From positions 32,001-96,000 of the forward strand of contig CAWHFW010000006.1 of NCBI GenBank assembly GCA_963828735.1: 64,000 nt of DNA, in the 5' to 3' direction. The position numbers and the translations under genes were made by a program. Below are positions 12,438 to 22,041 of the stretch, piece after piece. Each line of letters begins with the position of its first letter. Position 1 is the stretch's first letter. The DNA is from an uncultured Gemmatimonadales bacterium. Lineage in GTDB: Bacteria > Gemmatimonadota > Gemmatimonadetes > Gemmatimonadales > GWC2-71-9. The notes below the pieces were generated by a model, which saw only the letters and a program-made list of their open reading frames with translations, had not been told where the DNA came from and made no database searches.

Positions 12438-12779
12438 ATGCTTCAGGTGCAAACCGGTGCGGGCGGCGGGATCAGCGTGCTGGTGCTGCAGATGGTGGCC
12501 ATCGGTCTCGTGTTCTACTTCCTCATCCTGCGGCCGTCGGGTCAGGCGCGGAAGAAGCACGCCGAGCTGTTGAGCAATCTCAAGAAGGGCGACGAGGTGA
12601 TGACGAGCGGCGGGATCATCGGGAAAGTGCGCGACATCCGGGAAGTCGAGTCCGACGGCGTGAAGGAAACGCGTGTGACGGTGGAAAGCGGCACCTCGAG
12701 CTTCATCGTGGAGCGCTCGCGCATCGTCCGGATCGGCGGCGCGGGCGCACCCTCGTCGCCCGGAGCTCCCGCGGCATGA
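12438..12779 (+). CDS. yajC: Preprotein translocase subunit YajC
   Basis: FYFLILRP..KKHAELLSNLKKGDEVMTSGGIIGKV; follows tgt. Confidence 0.95.
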   Translation: MLQVQTGAGGGISVLVLQMVAIGLVFYFLILRPSGQARKKHAELLSNLKKGDEVMTSGGIIGKVRDIREVESDGVKETRVTVESGTSSFIVERSRIVRIGGAGAPSSPGAPAA

Positions 12780-13312
12780 GCCTGCGCAGCATGCACCTGC
12801 TGGGCTCTCCCGTGCTCCGCCAGCGGAGCGCGGACGTCGGCGCGCCGGATGACGACGTTCGCCGGCTCGTCGAGGATCTCTTCGAGACGATGGACGCGGC
12901 GCGCGGCGTCGGCCTGGCGGCCAATCAGGTCGGTGTGGCCCGCCGCGTCGCCGTCGTGGATGCCGACGAGGATCGGTTCGAGATGATCGACCCGGTGATC
13001 ATCGAGAGCGAAGGGCGCGCCGCGGCCGAGGAGGGGTGCTTGTCCATTCCCGAGATCTACGGCGAGGTGAGCCGCCCCGAGCGCGTCGTGCTCGAGGCCA
13101 CGGACCGGCACGGCACGCGCTATCGCAAGGAGGCGACCGGGCTCAAGGCCCGCGCGATCCAGCACGAGCTCGACCACCTCGACGGCATCCTCTTCCTGGA
13201 CCACCTCAGCCTGGTCAAACGGCAGATCCTCCTGGCGCGCTATCGGCGGGACCACAAGGACGACAGCAGCTACATCAAGGAAGTGCAGCCGGAATCAGCC
13301 CGCTCGGAGTGA
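12776..13312 (+). CDS. def: Peptide deformylase
   Basis: GVGLAANQVG, EEGCLSIP, QHELDHLDG. Confidence 0.96.
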   Translation: MSLRSMHLLGSPVLRQRSADVGAPDDDVRRLVEDLFETMDAARGVGLAANQVGVARRVAVVDADEDRFEMIDPVIIESEGRAAAEEGCLSIPEIYGEVSRPERVVLEATDRHGTRYRKEATGLKARAIQHELDHLDGILFLDHLSLVKRQILLARYRRDHKDDSSYIKEVQPESARSE

Positions 13313-14235
13313 TGCGGATCGTCTTCCTCGGCACCCCGGAATTCGCGGTGCCCTCCTTCAGGGCCCTGCTCAAGGAGCGGTACCAGGTGGTCGGGGTGGT
13401 CACCCAGCCCGACCGTCCCCAGGGGCGCTCGCGAAGCAGGCTGATCGCCCCACCGGTCAAGACCGAGGCGCTGAACGCCGGCATCCCGGTGCTCCAGCCC
13501 GCGCGTCCGCTCGGCGACGTGTTCCTCGCCGGCCTCCGCCGCCTCGAGCCGGACCTCGCTGTCGTCGTCGCCTATGGGCATATCCTCCGGCCCGACGTTC
13601 TCTCCCTCCCCCGCCTCGGCATGATCAACGTCCACGCCTCGTTGCTCCCGCGGTGGCGCGGGGCCGCGCCGATCCAGCATGCGATCCTGGCCGGCGATAC
13701 GGAAACGGGCGTCAGCATCATGCAGATGGATCAGGGGCTCGACAGCGGGCCGGTGCTGCATCGGGTCGCCACGCCGATCGGTCCGAACGAGACCGCCGGC
13801 TCGCTCGCGGCGCGCCTCGCGGAGCTCGGCGCCGCGGCGCTGATCGACGCGCTGGCGCTCCTTACCGGTGAGTTCGCGCGGCCGGAGCCCCAGGATGACG
13901 GCCGCGTGACGCTCGCGCCCAAGATCGACCGCGAACGCGGACGCCTCGACTGGAGCCGCGAGGCGGCGGCGCTCGCCCGCCAGGTCCGCGCGTTCGACCC
14001 GGCCCCCGGTGCGTGGACCGTACACGAGCAGAGCCCGCTCAAGCTGTTCGGCGCGGTAGCCGTTGCGGAGCAGGGCGAGCCGGGCTGCGTGCTCACCGCC
14101 GGCGACCGGCTGGTGGTGGGCTGTGGCGACGGCGCGCTGTCCCTCGACGAGGTGCAGCCGTCCGGGCGCACGCGGCTCACGGTGAGCGAGTGGGTGCGCG
14201 GGCGCGGGATCGCGGTCGGAGCACGGCTCGGATGA
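13312..14235 (+). CDS. fmt: Methionyl-tRNA formyltransferase
   Basis: MRIVFLGTPEFAV, VTQPDRP, INVHASLLPRWRGAAPI, GLDSG. Confidence 0.96.
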   Translation: MRIVFLGTPEFAVPSFRALLKERYQVVGVVTQPDRPQGRSRSRLIAPPVKTEALNAGIPVLQPARPLGDVFLAGLRRLEPDLAVVVAYGHILRPDVLSLPRLGMINVHASLLPRWRGAAPIQHAILAGDTETGVSIMQMDQGLDSGPVLHRVATPIGPNETAGSLAARLAELGAAALIDALALLTGEFARPEPQDDGRVTLAPKIDRERGRLDWSREAAALARQVRAFDPAPGAWTVHEQSPLKLFGAVAVAEQGEPGCVLTAGDRLVVGCGDGALSLDEVQPSGRTRLTVSEWVRGRGIAVGARLG

Positions 14236-14855
14236 GACCGCTGCCCCGGCTCCACGCGATCACGGACGCGGGCGTGCTGGCGGCGGACGACTTCGGCGTG
14301 CGCGCCGCGGCCATCGCCGCAGCCGGACCCGCGGTCGCGCTCCATGCGCGTGATCACTCCGCGAGCGGCGCCGCCCTCGCCGGCGCGGCGGCGAGACTCG
14401 TCGCGCTGGCGCGACCGCCCGAGGCCGCCGTCTTCGTCAACGGCCGGCCGGACGTGGCGGCGGCGGTCCACGCGCAGGGCGTCCAGCTCGCGAGCGGCGA
14501 CCTCGCCCCGGCGGATGCCCGGCGGATCTACGCGGAGGGCTGGATCGGCCGCTCGGTGCACGGCGCCGACGAGGCCGAGCGGGCGGTGGAGGAAGGAGCC
14601 GACTTTCTCCTCGTAGGCAACGTGTACGAGACGGCTTCGCACCCCGGCCGCGCAGCGGGCGGCGTCACTCTCGTCCGCCAGGCCGCGGCCCTCGGCCGGC
14701 CGGTGATCGCCATCGGCGGCATCGACGCGGCCCGGGCGCGCGAAGTTCGCGAGGCGGGCGCCTACGGAGTCGCGGCGATCACGGCCCTCTGGCGGGCACC
14801 GGACCCGGCGGCGGCGGCGCTTGCGCTCCTGGCCCCGTGGACGGAGAGCGCATGA
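14232..14855 (+). CDS. thiE: Thiamine phosphate synthase / TenI-like protein
   Basis: VNGRPDVA..GVQL, IGRSVH, GADFLLVGNVYETASHPG, PVIAIGGI; next to thiS/thiG. Confidence 0.8.
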   Translation: MRPLPRLHAITDAGVLAADDFGVRAAAIAAAGPAVALHARDHSASGAALAGAAARLVALARPPEAAVFVNGRPDVAAAVHAQGVQLASGDLAPADARRIYAEGWIGRSVHGADEAERAVEEGADFLLVGNVYETASHPGRAAGGVTLVRQAAALGRPVIAIGGIDAARAREVREAGAYGVAAITALWRAPDPAAAALALLAPWTESA

Positions 14856-15061
14856 CCAGCATCGCCGTGACGATCAACGGAGAGACACGCCGGGTGCCCG
14901 GCCCGGCCACGCTGCTGGAACTGCTCGCGCATCTCGGGCTCGATCCCCGATCAGTCGTGGTCGAGCTCAACCGCGAAATCGTCCGGCGGCCGCGACTCGG
15001 CGAGACCGGCGTGGCCGAGGGCGACACCATCGAGCTGGTGCATTTCGTCGGCGGAGGGTGA
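14852..15061 (+). CDS. thiS: Sulfur carrier protein ThiS
   Basis: VVVELNREIV, C-terminal IELVHFVGGG. Confidence 0.95.
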   Translation: MTSIAVTINGETRRVPGPATLLELLAHLGLDPRSVVVELNREIVRRPRLGETGVAEGDTIELVHFVGGG

Positions 15062-15105
15062 GGCCGAACGGGTTATCTTTCCGTGCGTTATTCCTTGGAG
15101 TCATC

Positions 15106-15924
15106 ATGACCGGCACGCTGAGTACGGAAACCGTCCGCCCCGACACGCTCGACGACGCCCCCCTCGTGCTGGGCGGGCGCCGCTTTCGCTCCCGTCTCAT
15201 GGTTGGCACCGGCAAATACCGAAGCAACCCGGAGATGGTGCGCGCGATCGACGCGTCAGGCGCGGAGATCGTGACGGTGGCCGTCCGCCGGGTGGACCTC
15301 GACCGCAGCAAGGAGGAGAGCGTCCTCCATCACCTGAGCCCGGACCGATACTTCCTCCTCGCCAACACCGCAGGCTGCTACACCGCCGACGAGGCCATCC
15401 GCTATGCCCGCCTCGCCCGCGAGGCAGGGTTCAACGATTTCGTGAAGCTGGAAGTCATCGGCGACCGAGAGACCCTGCTGCCGGACGCCGAGGGGCTCCT
15501 CGCCGCCGCGCGGACGCTCGTGCGCGAAGGCTTTCAGGTGCTCGCCTACACGAACGACGACCTGATCACCGCGCTGCGCCTGGAAGAGGTCGGCTGTGCC
15601 GCGGTGATGCCGCTCGCCTCGCCAATCGGCAGCGGGCTCGGCCTGGTCAATCCTTTCAGCATCCGCACGATCAAGCGCCGGCTGTCGGTCCCGGTCATCG
15701 TGGACGCTGGCGTGGGCATCGCATCCGACGCATGCCTCACCATGGAGCAGGGCGTCGACGGCATCCTGATGAACACCGCCCTCGCCGAGGCGCAGGATCC
15801 GGTGGCCATGGCACGCGCGATGGGGCTCGCGGTCGAGGCGGGCCGTCTGGCTTACCTGGCCGGTCGCATGCCGCGGCGGGAGATCGCCGTGCCCTCGAGC
15901 CCCATCCGTGGAATGTTGGAATAG
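15106..15924 (+). CDS. thiG: Thiazole synthase
   Basis: SRLMVGTGKY, NTAGC, VKLEV, MPLASPIGSGLG, VDAGVG. Confidence 0.96.
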   Translation: MTGTLSTETVRPDTLDDAPLVLGGRRFRSRLMVGTGKYRSNPEMVRAIDASGAEIVTVAVRRVDLDRSKEESVLHHLSPDRYFLLANTAGCYTADEAIRYARLAREAGFNDFVKLEVIGDRETLLPDAEGLLAAARTLVREGFQVLAYTNDDLITALRLEEVGCAAVMPLASPIGSGLGLVNPFSIRTIKRRLSVPVIVDAGVGIASDACLTMEQGVDGILMNTALAEAQDPVAMARAMGLAVEAGRLAYLAGRMPRREIAVPSSPIRGMLE

Positions 15925-15932
15925 GAATTAGC

Positions 15933-17246
15933 GTGAAGCGGCCGGCGGTCACGGCCCCGGGGTTCGAGCCCAGGCGAGCCGCCTACGACGTGCTGGAGCA
16001 GGTGCGCGCTGGGCTGCCGTTCGAGGTCGCCCTGGATCGCGCGGTCAAACGCCTGACGGAGCCCGATCGTCGGCTGGCCCACGAGCTCGCGGCAGGCGTG
16101 CTGCGAAGCCAGACGGCTCTCGACGACTCCCTCGCTCCGCTCGTGCCGGGTGGATGGGCGAGCGTCGCCCCCGAGCTCAAGCATGTGCTTCGGCTTGGCG
16201 CGTTCCAGCTCACCGCCCTCGATCGGGTTCCGCCGCACGCGGCGGTGGATACCAGCGTGGCACTGGCCAAGGCGGCGGTCGGCGCGCGCGCCGGCGGATT
16301 CGTGAACGCGGTCCTTCGTCGGCTGGGCCGGAGCGAGCCGGCGGAAACTCGACCGGAGTCCTCGGCCGAAGGGCTGGCGCGCGCCGCCTCGCACCCGCCC
16401 TGGCTCGTAAAGAGATGGCTCGAGCGCTTCGGTCCCGAGGAGACGGTCGAGCTGCTCCGGTGGAACAACACGCGTCCACGACTGGTGCTGCAGCCCGCGC
16501 GCGAGCCCCAGGCGGCGCTGGAGGCCCGGTGGCGCGAAGCCGGGATCGATGTGACCGAGGCGCCGTTCGGTGCCGGACTCGTCACCGACCGCAGCCGGCC
16601 TCAGGACCTGCCGGGCTACGAGGTGGGCGCGTTCATCGTTCAGGATCCGGCCCACGCTCTGGTCGTGCGCTACGCCGATCTGCCGGCCGGCGCGATCCTG
16701 TACGATGCCTGCGCCGCGCCCGGTGGAAAGACGATCGCGTTTGGCCGCGGCCTCGGCCGGGTGATCGCGGGCGACCTGGGTCAGGGACGGGTTCGGCGGC
16801 TCGCGACGAATCTGCGGCGGGCAGGGAGCGGACGCGAGCACCCGATCGTGGCCGACGCGCGTGCGGCGCCGCTCCGTGGGGTGGACGCCGTGCTCATCGA
16901 TGCACCGTGCCTCGGCACGGGCACGCTCGCCCGCCACCCCGACGCCCGCTGGCGCATCACTCCCGATGCGCTGACGATGCTTCAGCGCCGCCAGGCGGAC
17001 CTGCTCGATGGCGCCGCGGACGCGGTCGCCTCCGGTGGGTGCCTGATCTATGCCACGTGCTCGATCGAGCCCGAGGAAAACGGAGAGCAGGTGAACGCGT
17101 TCCTGCGACGACATCCCGAGTTCCGGCGGGAACCCGGCCCTTCGTTTCCCGCCGTACTGACTTCCTCCGACGGGGACCTCATGATCCTGCCGCAGCGGCA
17201 CCAGATGGGCGGTGCGTACGCCGCCCGGCTCCGACGCGCCCGGTGA
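15933..17246 (+). CDS. rsmB: 16S rRNA m5C967 methyltransferase RsmB/Sun
   Basis: NusB-like N-terminus (RVPPHAAVD, FVNAVLR), SHPPWL, VQD, DACAAPGGKT, DAPCLGTG, YATCS. Confidence 0.93.
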   Translation: MKRPAVTAPGFEPRRAAYDVLEQVRAGLPFEVALDRAVKRLTEPDRRLAHELAAGVLRSQTALDDSLAPLVPGGWASVAPELKHVLRLGAFQLTALDRVPPHAAVDTSVALAKAAVGARAGGFVNAVLRRLGRSEPAETRPESSAEGLARAASHPPWLVKRWLERFGPEETVELLRWNNTRPRLVLQPAREPQAALEARWREAGIDVTEAPFGAGLVTDRSRPQDLPGYEVGAFIVQDPAHALVVRYADLPAGAILYDACAAPGGKTIAFGRGLGRVIAGDLGQGRVRRLATNLRRAGSGREHPIVADARAAPLRGVDAVLIDAPCLGTGTLARHPDARWRITPDALTMLQRRQADLLDGAADAVASGGCLIYATCSIEPEENGEQVNAFLRRHPEFRREPGPSFPAVLTSSDGDLMILPQRHQMGGAYAARLRRAR

Positions 17247-17256
17247 GAACCGATCC

Positions 17257-17832
17257 ATGAGAATGCGCCGGCATACCGAGCCGACCTTCGGCTCCTGGCG
17301 CACCGCGCCCTGGGGCCGGTTCGCGCGAGACATCGGCCTGGTCCTCCTGACGTTCGTGGTGGGATACGCCGCCTCGGTCTACTGGATCACCCCCCGCTCG
17401 GTGACCGGCGACGAGCACGCGGTGCCCCGCGTGCTGGACCGTCCCCTCGAGGAGGCCCGGGCGACGCTCACGAAGGCGGGGTTTCGCAGCCGTGTCGAGG
17501 GTGACCGGTCCAGCCCGTCGGCCCCGCGCGGGGGCGTCGCCTGGCAGGATCCGCCGCCGGGCACAGCCGCGCCGCCCAACACGGTGGTGCAGCTCTTCCC
17601 GAGCAGCGGACCCGCGCCGGCCACGGTACCGGATGTGATCGGGTTCGCGCTGCCGTCGGCCGAGCGGGTGGTCGAGGCCGCCGGCATCAAGGTCGGGCGC
17701 GTGGATACGGTGCGAGGTGGAGGTCCGGAGCCGGGGGTGGTGATCGCCATCCACCCCGCCCCGGGCAACGGCCGGCCGAGGGGCTCGACCGTGGACCTGA
17801 TCGTGAGCGGCCCGCCGGGGGGTGGGTCATGA
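17257..17832 (+). CDS. Membrane-anchored protein with two PASTA domains
   Basis: TM helix then VPRVLD..EARATL..QDPPPG and VPDVIG..VIAIHPAPG. Confidence 0.85.
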   Translation: MRMRRHTEPTFGSWRTAPWGRFARDIGLVLLTFVVGYAASVYWITPRSVTGDEHAVPRVLDRPLEEARATLTKAGFRSRVEGDRSSPSAPRGGVAWQDPPPGTAAPPNTVVQLFPSSGPAPATVPDVIGFALPSAERVVEAAGIKVGRVDTVRGGGPEPGVVIAIHPAPGNGRPRGSTVDLIVSGPPGGGS

Positions 17833-18494
17833 GCGTCCGCATCGCCCCGAGCGTGCTGAGCGCCGACCTCGGTCGCCTCCGCGAGCAGGTGGAGCAGGCG
17901 ATCGCGGGAGGAGCGGAATGGGTTCACGTGGACGTGATGGACGGCCACTTCGTGCCGAACCTGACGTTCGGCGCGCCGCTCATTCGCGCGCTCCGCCGCA
18001 TCACGGAGCGGCCGCTCGACGTCCACTTGATGGTGGAGCGCCCCGAGCACTACATCGCCGAATTCGCGGACGCGGGCGCCAGCGTGTTCACGTTCCATCC
18101 CGAGGCGACGGTGCACGTCCAGCGGCAACTGGCCGCCGTCCGCGAGCGCGGCATGCGGGCGGGCCTCGCGCTCAACCCCGCGACGCCGCTCGCGCTCATC
18201 GAGGAGGTCGTTCCCGACCTGGACCTCGTGCTGGTCATGTCGGTGAACCCCGGGTACGGCGGCCAGTCGTACCTGCCGGGCTCCACCGACAAGATCCGCC
18301 GCACGAGGGCGCTGCTCGACCGTCACCGGTCCCGCGCCACGCTGGAGGTGGACGGGGGCATCACCACCACCACCATCGCCGACGCCTGGGGAGCCGGGGC
18401 GGACACCTTCGTCGCCGGCACCGCGGTGTTCGGCGCTGCCGACCCCGCGGCGGCCGTGCGAGATCTCGCGCGCCGCTGCGCGGTCAGCGCCTGA
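17829..18494 (+). CDS. rpe: Ribulose-phosphate 3-epimerase
   Basis: IAPSVLSAD, HVDVMDGHFVPNLTFG, MSVNPGYGGQ, EVDGG. Confidence 0.97.
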   Translation: MSVRIAPSVLSADLGRLREQVEQAIAGGAEWVHVDVMDGHFVPNLTFGAPLIRALRRITERPLDVHLMVERPEHYIAEFADAGASVFTFHPEATVHVQRQLAAVRERGMRAGLALNPATPLALIEEVVPDLDLVLVMSVNPGYGGQSYLPGSTDKIRRTRALLDRHRSRATLEVDGGITTTTIADAWGAGADTFVAGTAVFGAADPAAAVRDLARRCAVSA

Positions 18495-18501
18495 GGACGT
18501 C

Positions 18502-19041
18502 ATGTCGAAGCAATGGATCTTCGTGGGGCTCATCGTCGCCGGCGTCGCCGCCGGCGCCACCATCATGACCAAGGTGGGAAGCGAGGTCGCTCGGGTCGAG
18601 GTCGGAGCGACGGCGCCGGAATTCCGGGCGGTGGACCTCGCGACCGGCGATTCGGTCTCCCTGCGCGAGCACTATCGCGGCAAGGTCACCCTGGTGAACA
18701 TCTGGGCCACCTGGTGCGTGCCCTGTCGGGTCGAGATGCCGGCGATGGAGCAGCTCTACACGGCGCTCGCGCCGCGAGGGTTTGCGATCGCCGCCGTGAG
18801 CATCGACGAGGGTGCGCCGGAGGACGTCCGCAAGTTCGGGCAGGACCTCGCCCTGAGCTTCGACCTGCTGCAGGACCGCTCCACGCGCGTCCAGCAGCTC
18901 TACCAGACGACCGGCGTGCCGGAGAGCTTCCTGCTCGACCGACGTGGGGTCATCGTGAAGCGCGTGATCGGGGCGCAGGACTGGAACTCGCCCGCCAACC
19001 GCGCGCTGGTCGAGCGCCTGCTCGCCGAGTCCGGCACGTGA
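18502..19041 (+). CDS. TlpA/ResA-type thiol-disulfide oxidoreductase
   Basis: N-terminal TM anchor; NIWATWCVPCRVEMP; GVPESFLLD. Confidence 0.92.
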   Translation: MSKQWIFVGLIVAGVAAGATIMTKVGSEVARVEVGATAPEFRAVDLATGDSVSLREHYRGKVTLVNIWATWCVPCRVEMPAMEQLYTALAPRGFAIAAVSIDEGAPEDVRKFGQDLALSFDLLQDRSTRVQQLYQTTGVPESFLLDRRGVIVKRVIGAQDWNSPANRALVERLLAESGT

Positions 19042-19042
19042 C

Positions 19043-19960
19043 GTGAGCCTCCGTCGGGCTCTCACCGCCGATCTGCCGCTCAAGCTCACCTCGCTGGGGC
19101 TGTCGCTCTTTCTCTGGTTTCTGGCGGCGAGCGAGGAGCCCGCGAGCACCCTCGTGCCGGTCGACATGACGGTGCGTCCCCCCGCTGGGCGCACGGTCGT
19201 ACGGACCGAAGGACCCGTACGGGCGCTCGTCTACGGCCCGCGACGTGAGCTGCTCAAGCTGTCCGCTTCCCCCATGCGACTCACGCGCGTCATCGCCGAT
19301 TCGACCGTGGCGGACCAGGTGCGGGTCGATGTCGGCCCCGGCGACCTCGAGCTTCCGCGGGGCGTGGACGTGCACGTGCAGGACGTGCAGCCCCGCTCGG
19401 TCGAGGTCCAGCTCGACTCCACGTTCCAGCGCGTCGTACCCGTGCGCGCCGTCGTCCGCCTGCCGCCCGAGACCGGGCACGTGCTCAGCGCCATCGCGGT
19501 CGTCCCGGGCACCGTGCGTCTCCTCGGCCCGCGCGAGGATCTGCGGCGCATCGACTCGGCGCGTACCATGCCGCTCGAAATGGCGCAGGCGGATGGCCCG
19601 GTCGAGGAGACGCTCGCGCTGGACACCTCGGGCTTCGGGCGCGTGCGGGCCGTACCCACGGAGGTGACGATCCGCGTGGATGTCGAGGCCGTGGGCGAAC
19701 GGACTCTGCGCGGGGTCCCGGTCCGCCTCCCGAGCGATCTCGCCGCCTCGATGCGGCCGGATCTGGCCACGGTCGAGGTGCGGGTGCGAGGCGCCGCCAG
19801 TCGGCTGAGCGGGCTCGCGAGGGACAGCGTGCCCGTCGTGGTGGACTGGAGCGGCTCGGCGCCCGCCCGCGTTCCGCTCCGCGTCCTCGCGCCACAGGGA
19901 CTCGAGGCCACGGCCGTACCGGACAGCGTCACGCTGGTGCGCCGGAGCGGCGATGGCTGA
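19043..19960 (+). CDS. YbbR/CdaR-like protein
   Basis: LKLTSLGLSLFLWF TM helix, then repeated beta-rich modules (V.GP..L; P.TV...GP; P.EV.I.V.VE). Confidence 0.8.
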   Translation: MSLRRALTADLPLKLTSLGLSLFLWFLAASEEPASTLVPVDMTVRPPAGRTVVRTEGPVRALVYGPRRELLKLSASPMRLTRVIADSTVADQVRVDVGPGDLELPRGVDVHVQDVQPRSVEVQLDSTFQRVVPVRAVVRLPPETGHVLSAIAVVPGTVRLLGPREDLRRIDSARTMPLEMAQADGPVEETLALDTSGFGRVRAVPTEVTIRVDVEAVGERTLRGVPVRLPSDLAASMRPDLATVEVRVRGAASRLSGLARDSVPVVVDWSGSAPARVPLRVLAPQGLEATAVPDSVTLVRRSGDG

Positions 19961-21017
19961 GCTCGTGCTGGGCATCGAGACGTCGTGCGACGAGACCAGC
20001 GCCGCCGTCCTGCGCCGGACCGGCGATCGCGCCGAGATCGCGGGCCTTTCGATCCTCTCGCAGGACGTGCACCGGATCTTTGGCGGCGTGGTGCCGGAGC
20101 TGGCAAGCCGCGCGCACGTGCAGGCGATCGGGTCCGTCGTGGATCGAGCACTGGCCGACGCGGGCATCGGGCTCGGCGAGCTCGATGGGATCACGGTGAC
20201 CGCCGGCCCCGGCCTTGTCGGCGCACTGCTGGTCGGGGTGATGTACGGCAAGACGCTCGCGTTCAGCCTCGACCGGCCCCTGCTGGGGGTGAACCACCTC
20301 GAGGGACACCTCTTCGCCCCGACACTCGAGGATCCCGAGCTCGCGCCCCCCTTCGTCGGGCTACTGGTGAGCGGCGGCCACACCATGCTGCTCGACGTGC
20401 CCGCGTGGGGCGAGTATCGGCTGCTGGGGCAAACGCTCGACGACGCCGCCGGAGAGGCGTTCGACAAGGTGGCCAAGCTCCTCGGCCTCGGCTATCCGGG
20501 CGGCGCCCCGATCGAGCGCCTCGCGCGCGAGGGACACGCCGGCCGGTTCCGGTTTCCCCGGCCGATGCTGCAGGACCTCGACCGCGACGGACCCACTCGC
20601 TACGCTTTCTCGTTCAGCGGCCTCAAGACCGCGGTCCTTCGCGCGGTGCGTGAGGCCGAGCTGTCGCCGCAGGACCGGGCCGACGTGGCCCTGGCGTTCC
20701 AGGATGCGGCCAACGACGTGCTGGTCGCGAAGACGGCGTACGCGGTGGAGGCCCTCGGCTACTCGGCGGCGATGATCGGCGGGGGCGTAGCGTGCAACCG
20801 GGCGCTGGTCACTCGCCTGCGTGACCGGCTGGCGGGACAGGCTCGCGTGAGCGTAGCTTCCCCCCGGCTCAACACCGACAACGCCGCGATGATCGCCGCC
20901 GCCGGGGCATGGCGCCTGGCCCGTGGTGAGCGCAGCGGCTGGGACCTCGAGCCGCGCGACGACCTGCCTCTGCCTGGGCTCGTGGCCCCGATACCCGTTT
21001 CCGGATCCGACGCGTGA
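19953..21017 (+). CDS. tsaD: tRNA t6A37 threonylcarbamoyltransferase TsaD
   Basis: LGIETSCDET, GGVVPELASRAH, VNHLEGH, SGGHT, DDAAGEAFDK, TDNAAMI. Confidence 0.97.
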   Translation: MAELVLGIETSCDETSAAVLRRTGDRAEIAGLSILSQDVHRIFGGVVPELASRAHVQAIGSVVDRALADAGIGLGELDGITVTAGPGLVGALLVGVMYGKTLAFSLDRPLLGVNHLEGHLFAPTLEDPELAPPFVGLLVSGGHTMLLDVPAWGEYRLLGQTLDDAAGEAFDKVAKLLGLGYPGGAPIERLAREGHAGRFRFPRPMLQDLDRDGPTRYAFSFSGLKTAVLRAVREAELSPQDRADVALAFQDAANDVLVAKTAYAVEALGYSAAMIGGGVACNRALVTRLRDRLAGQARVSVASPRLNTDNAAMIAAAGAWRLARGERSGWDLEPRDDLPLPGLVAPIPVSGSDA

Positions 21018-21922
21018 CGATCTATCCCTTCAAGATTCCGCTCCCGTTCTTTCCGCACGAGCTGACCGGCTACGGCCTGATGATGATGGTGGCCTTCCTC
21101 ATGGGAGGCTGGCTGGTGACGCTGGAGCTCCGACGCCGGCGGCTGGCCGAGGACTATTCGGCCGACATGATCGCCGCGGCGGTGATCGGCGGCGTCATCG
21201 GCGCGAAGCTCTGGTATGTCGCCCTCACGCGGGACACGGGGACCCTGTTCGAGCGCGGCGGGTTCGTCTGGTACGGCGGGTTCATCGGCGGCACGATCGC
21301 CGTGATCATCAACGGGTGGCGGCTGCGCGTGCCACTCCGCTGGACGATGCAGCTCGTCGCGCCGGCGCTGGCGGCAGCGTACGCCCTGGGCCGGGTCGGC
21401 TGCTTCCTCGTCAACGACGACTACGGGCGACCCAGCAACCTGCCCTGGGCCGTGAAGTTCCCGCAGGGCCTGCCTCCCTCGACCGCGGGGAACCTCCAGC
21501 ACCTCTTCGGGGTGCCGGTACCCGCAGGCATCGACCCCTCCACGGTGCTGGCCGTCCACCCGACGCAGCTGTACGAGACGGCCATGATGCTGGGCGCGTT
21601 CTTCGTCCTCTGGGCTTGGCGCCTGCGCGCCCGGCCCATCGGGTGGCTGTTCGGCGTGTACCTCGTGTTCGCCGGGTGCGAGCGGTTCCTGATCGAGATT
21701 CTTCGCGCCAAGGACGACCGGTTTCTGGGCCCGTTCACCCTGGCGCAGCTGACATCCGTCATACTGGTGGCGATCGGCGCCTGGGTCATGACCTTGTGGC
21801 ACCACGATCCCGAGCCGGCGCCAGGACCGTACCTGCGCCCCGACAACGACCCCTTGCTGTCAAAGAGCTCGACAGCTGAGGAAGTCGTTGCCACCAAAGG
21901 CGTTACGGGACGGAAGTCCTGA
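21014..21922 (+). CDS. lgt: Prolipoprotein diacylglyceryl transferase
   Basis: YGLMM, GGFVWYGGFIGG, GRVGCFL, HPTQLYE, RFLIEILR. Confidence 0.93.
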   Translation: MTIYPFKIPLPFFPHELTGYGLMMMVAFLMGGWLVTLELRRRRLAEDYSADMIAAAVIGGVIGAKLWYVALTRDTGTLFERGGFVWYGGFIGGTIAVIINGWRLRVPLRWTMQLVAPALAAAYALGRVGCFLVNDDYGRPSNLPWAVKFPQGLPPSTAGNLQHLFGVPVPAGIDPSTVLAVHPTQLYETAMMLGAFFVLWAWRLRARPIGWLFGVYLVFAGCERFLIEILRAKDDRFLGPFTLAQLTSVILVAIGAWVMTLWHHDPEPAPGPYLRPDNDPLLSKSSTAEEVVATKGVTGRKS

Positions 21923-22015
21923 CCGTCGCAAAGGTCGACAAATTCCTGGTGGTAGCGCAAGTAGCAGCATGACGACAAGTCGTTAAATCTCAGTCAATTA
22001 GCTTCGAGCAATGTT

Positions 22016-22030
22016 TGGCACTCGACTTGC
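22016..22030 (+). promoter_or_regulatory. Sigma-54 (-24/-12) promoter
   Basis: TGGCAC-TCGAC-TTGC is an exact match to TGGCAC-N5-TTGC, in an AT-richer intergenic region. Confidence 0.85.
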
Positions 22031-22041
22031 CACTGTATAAG

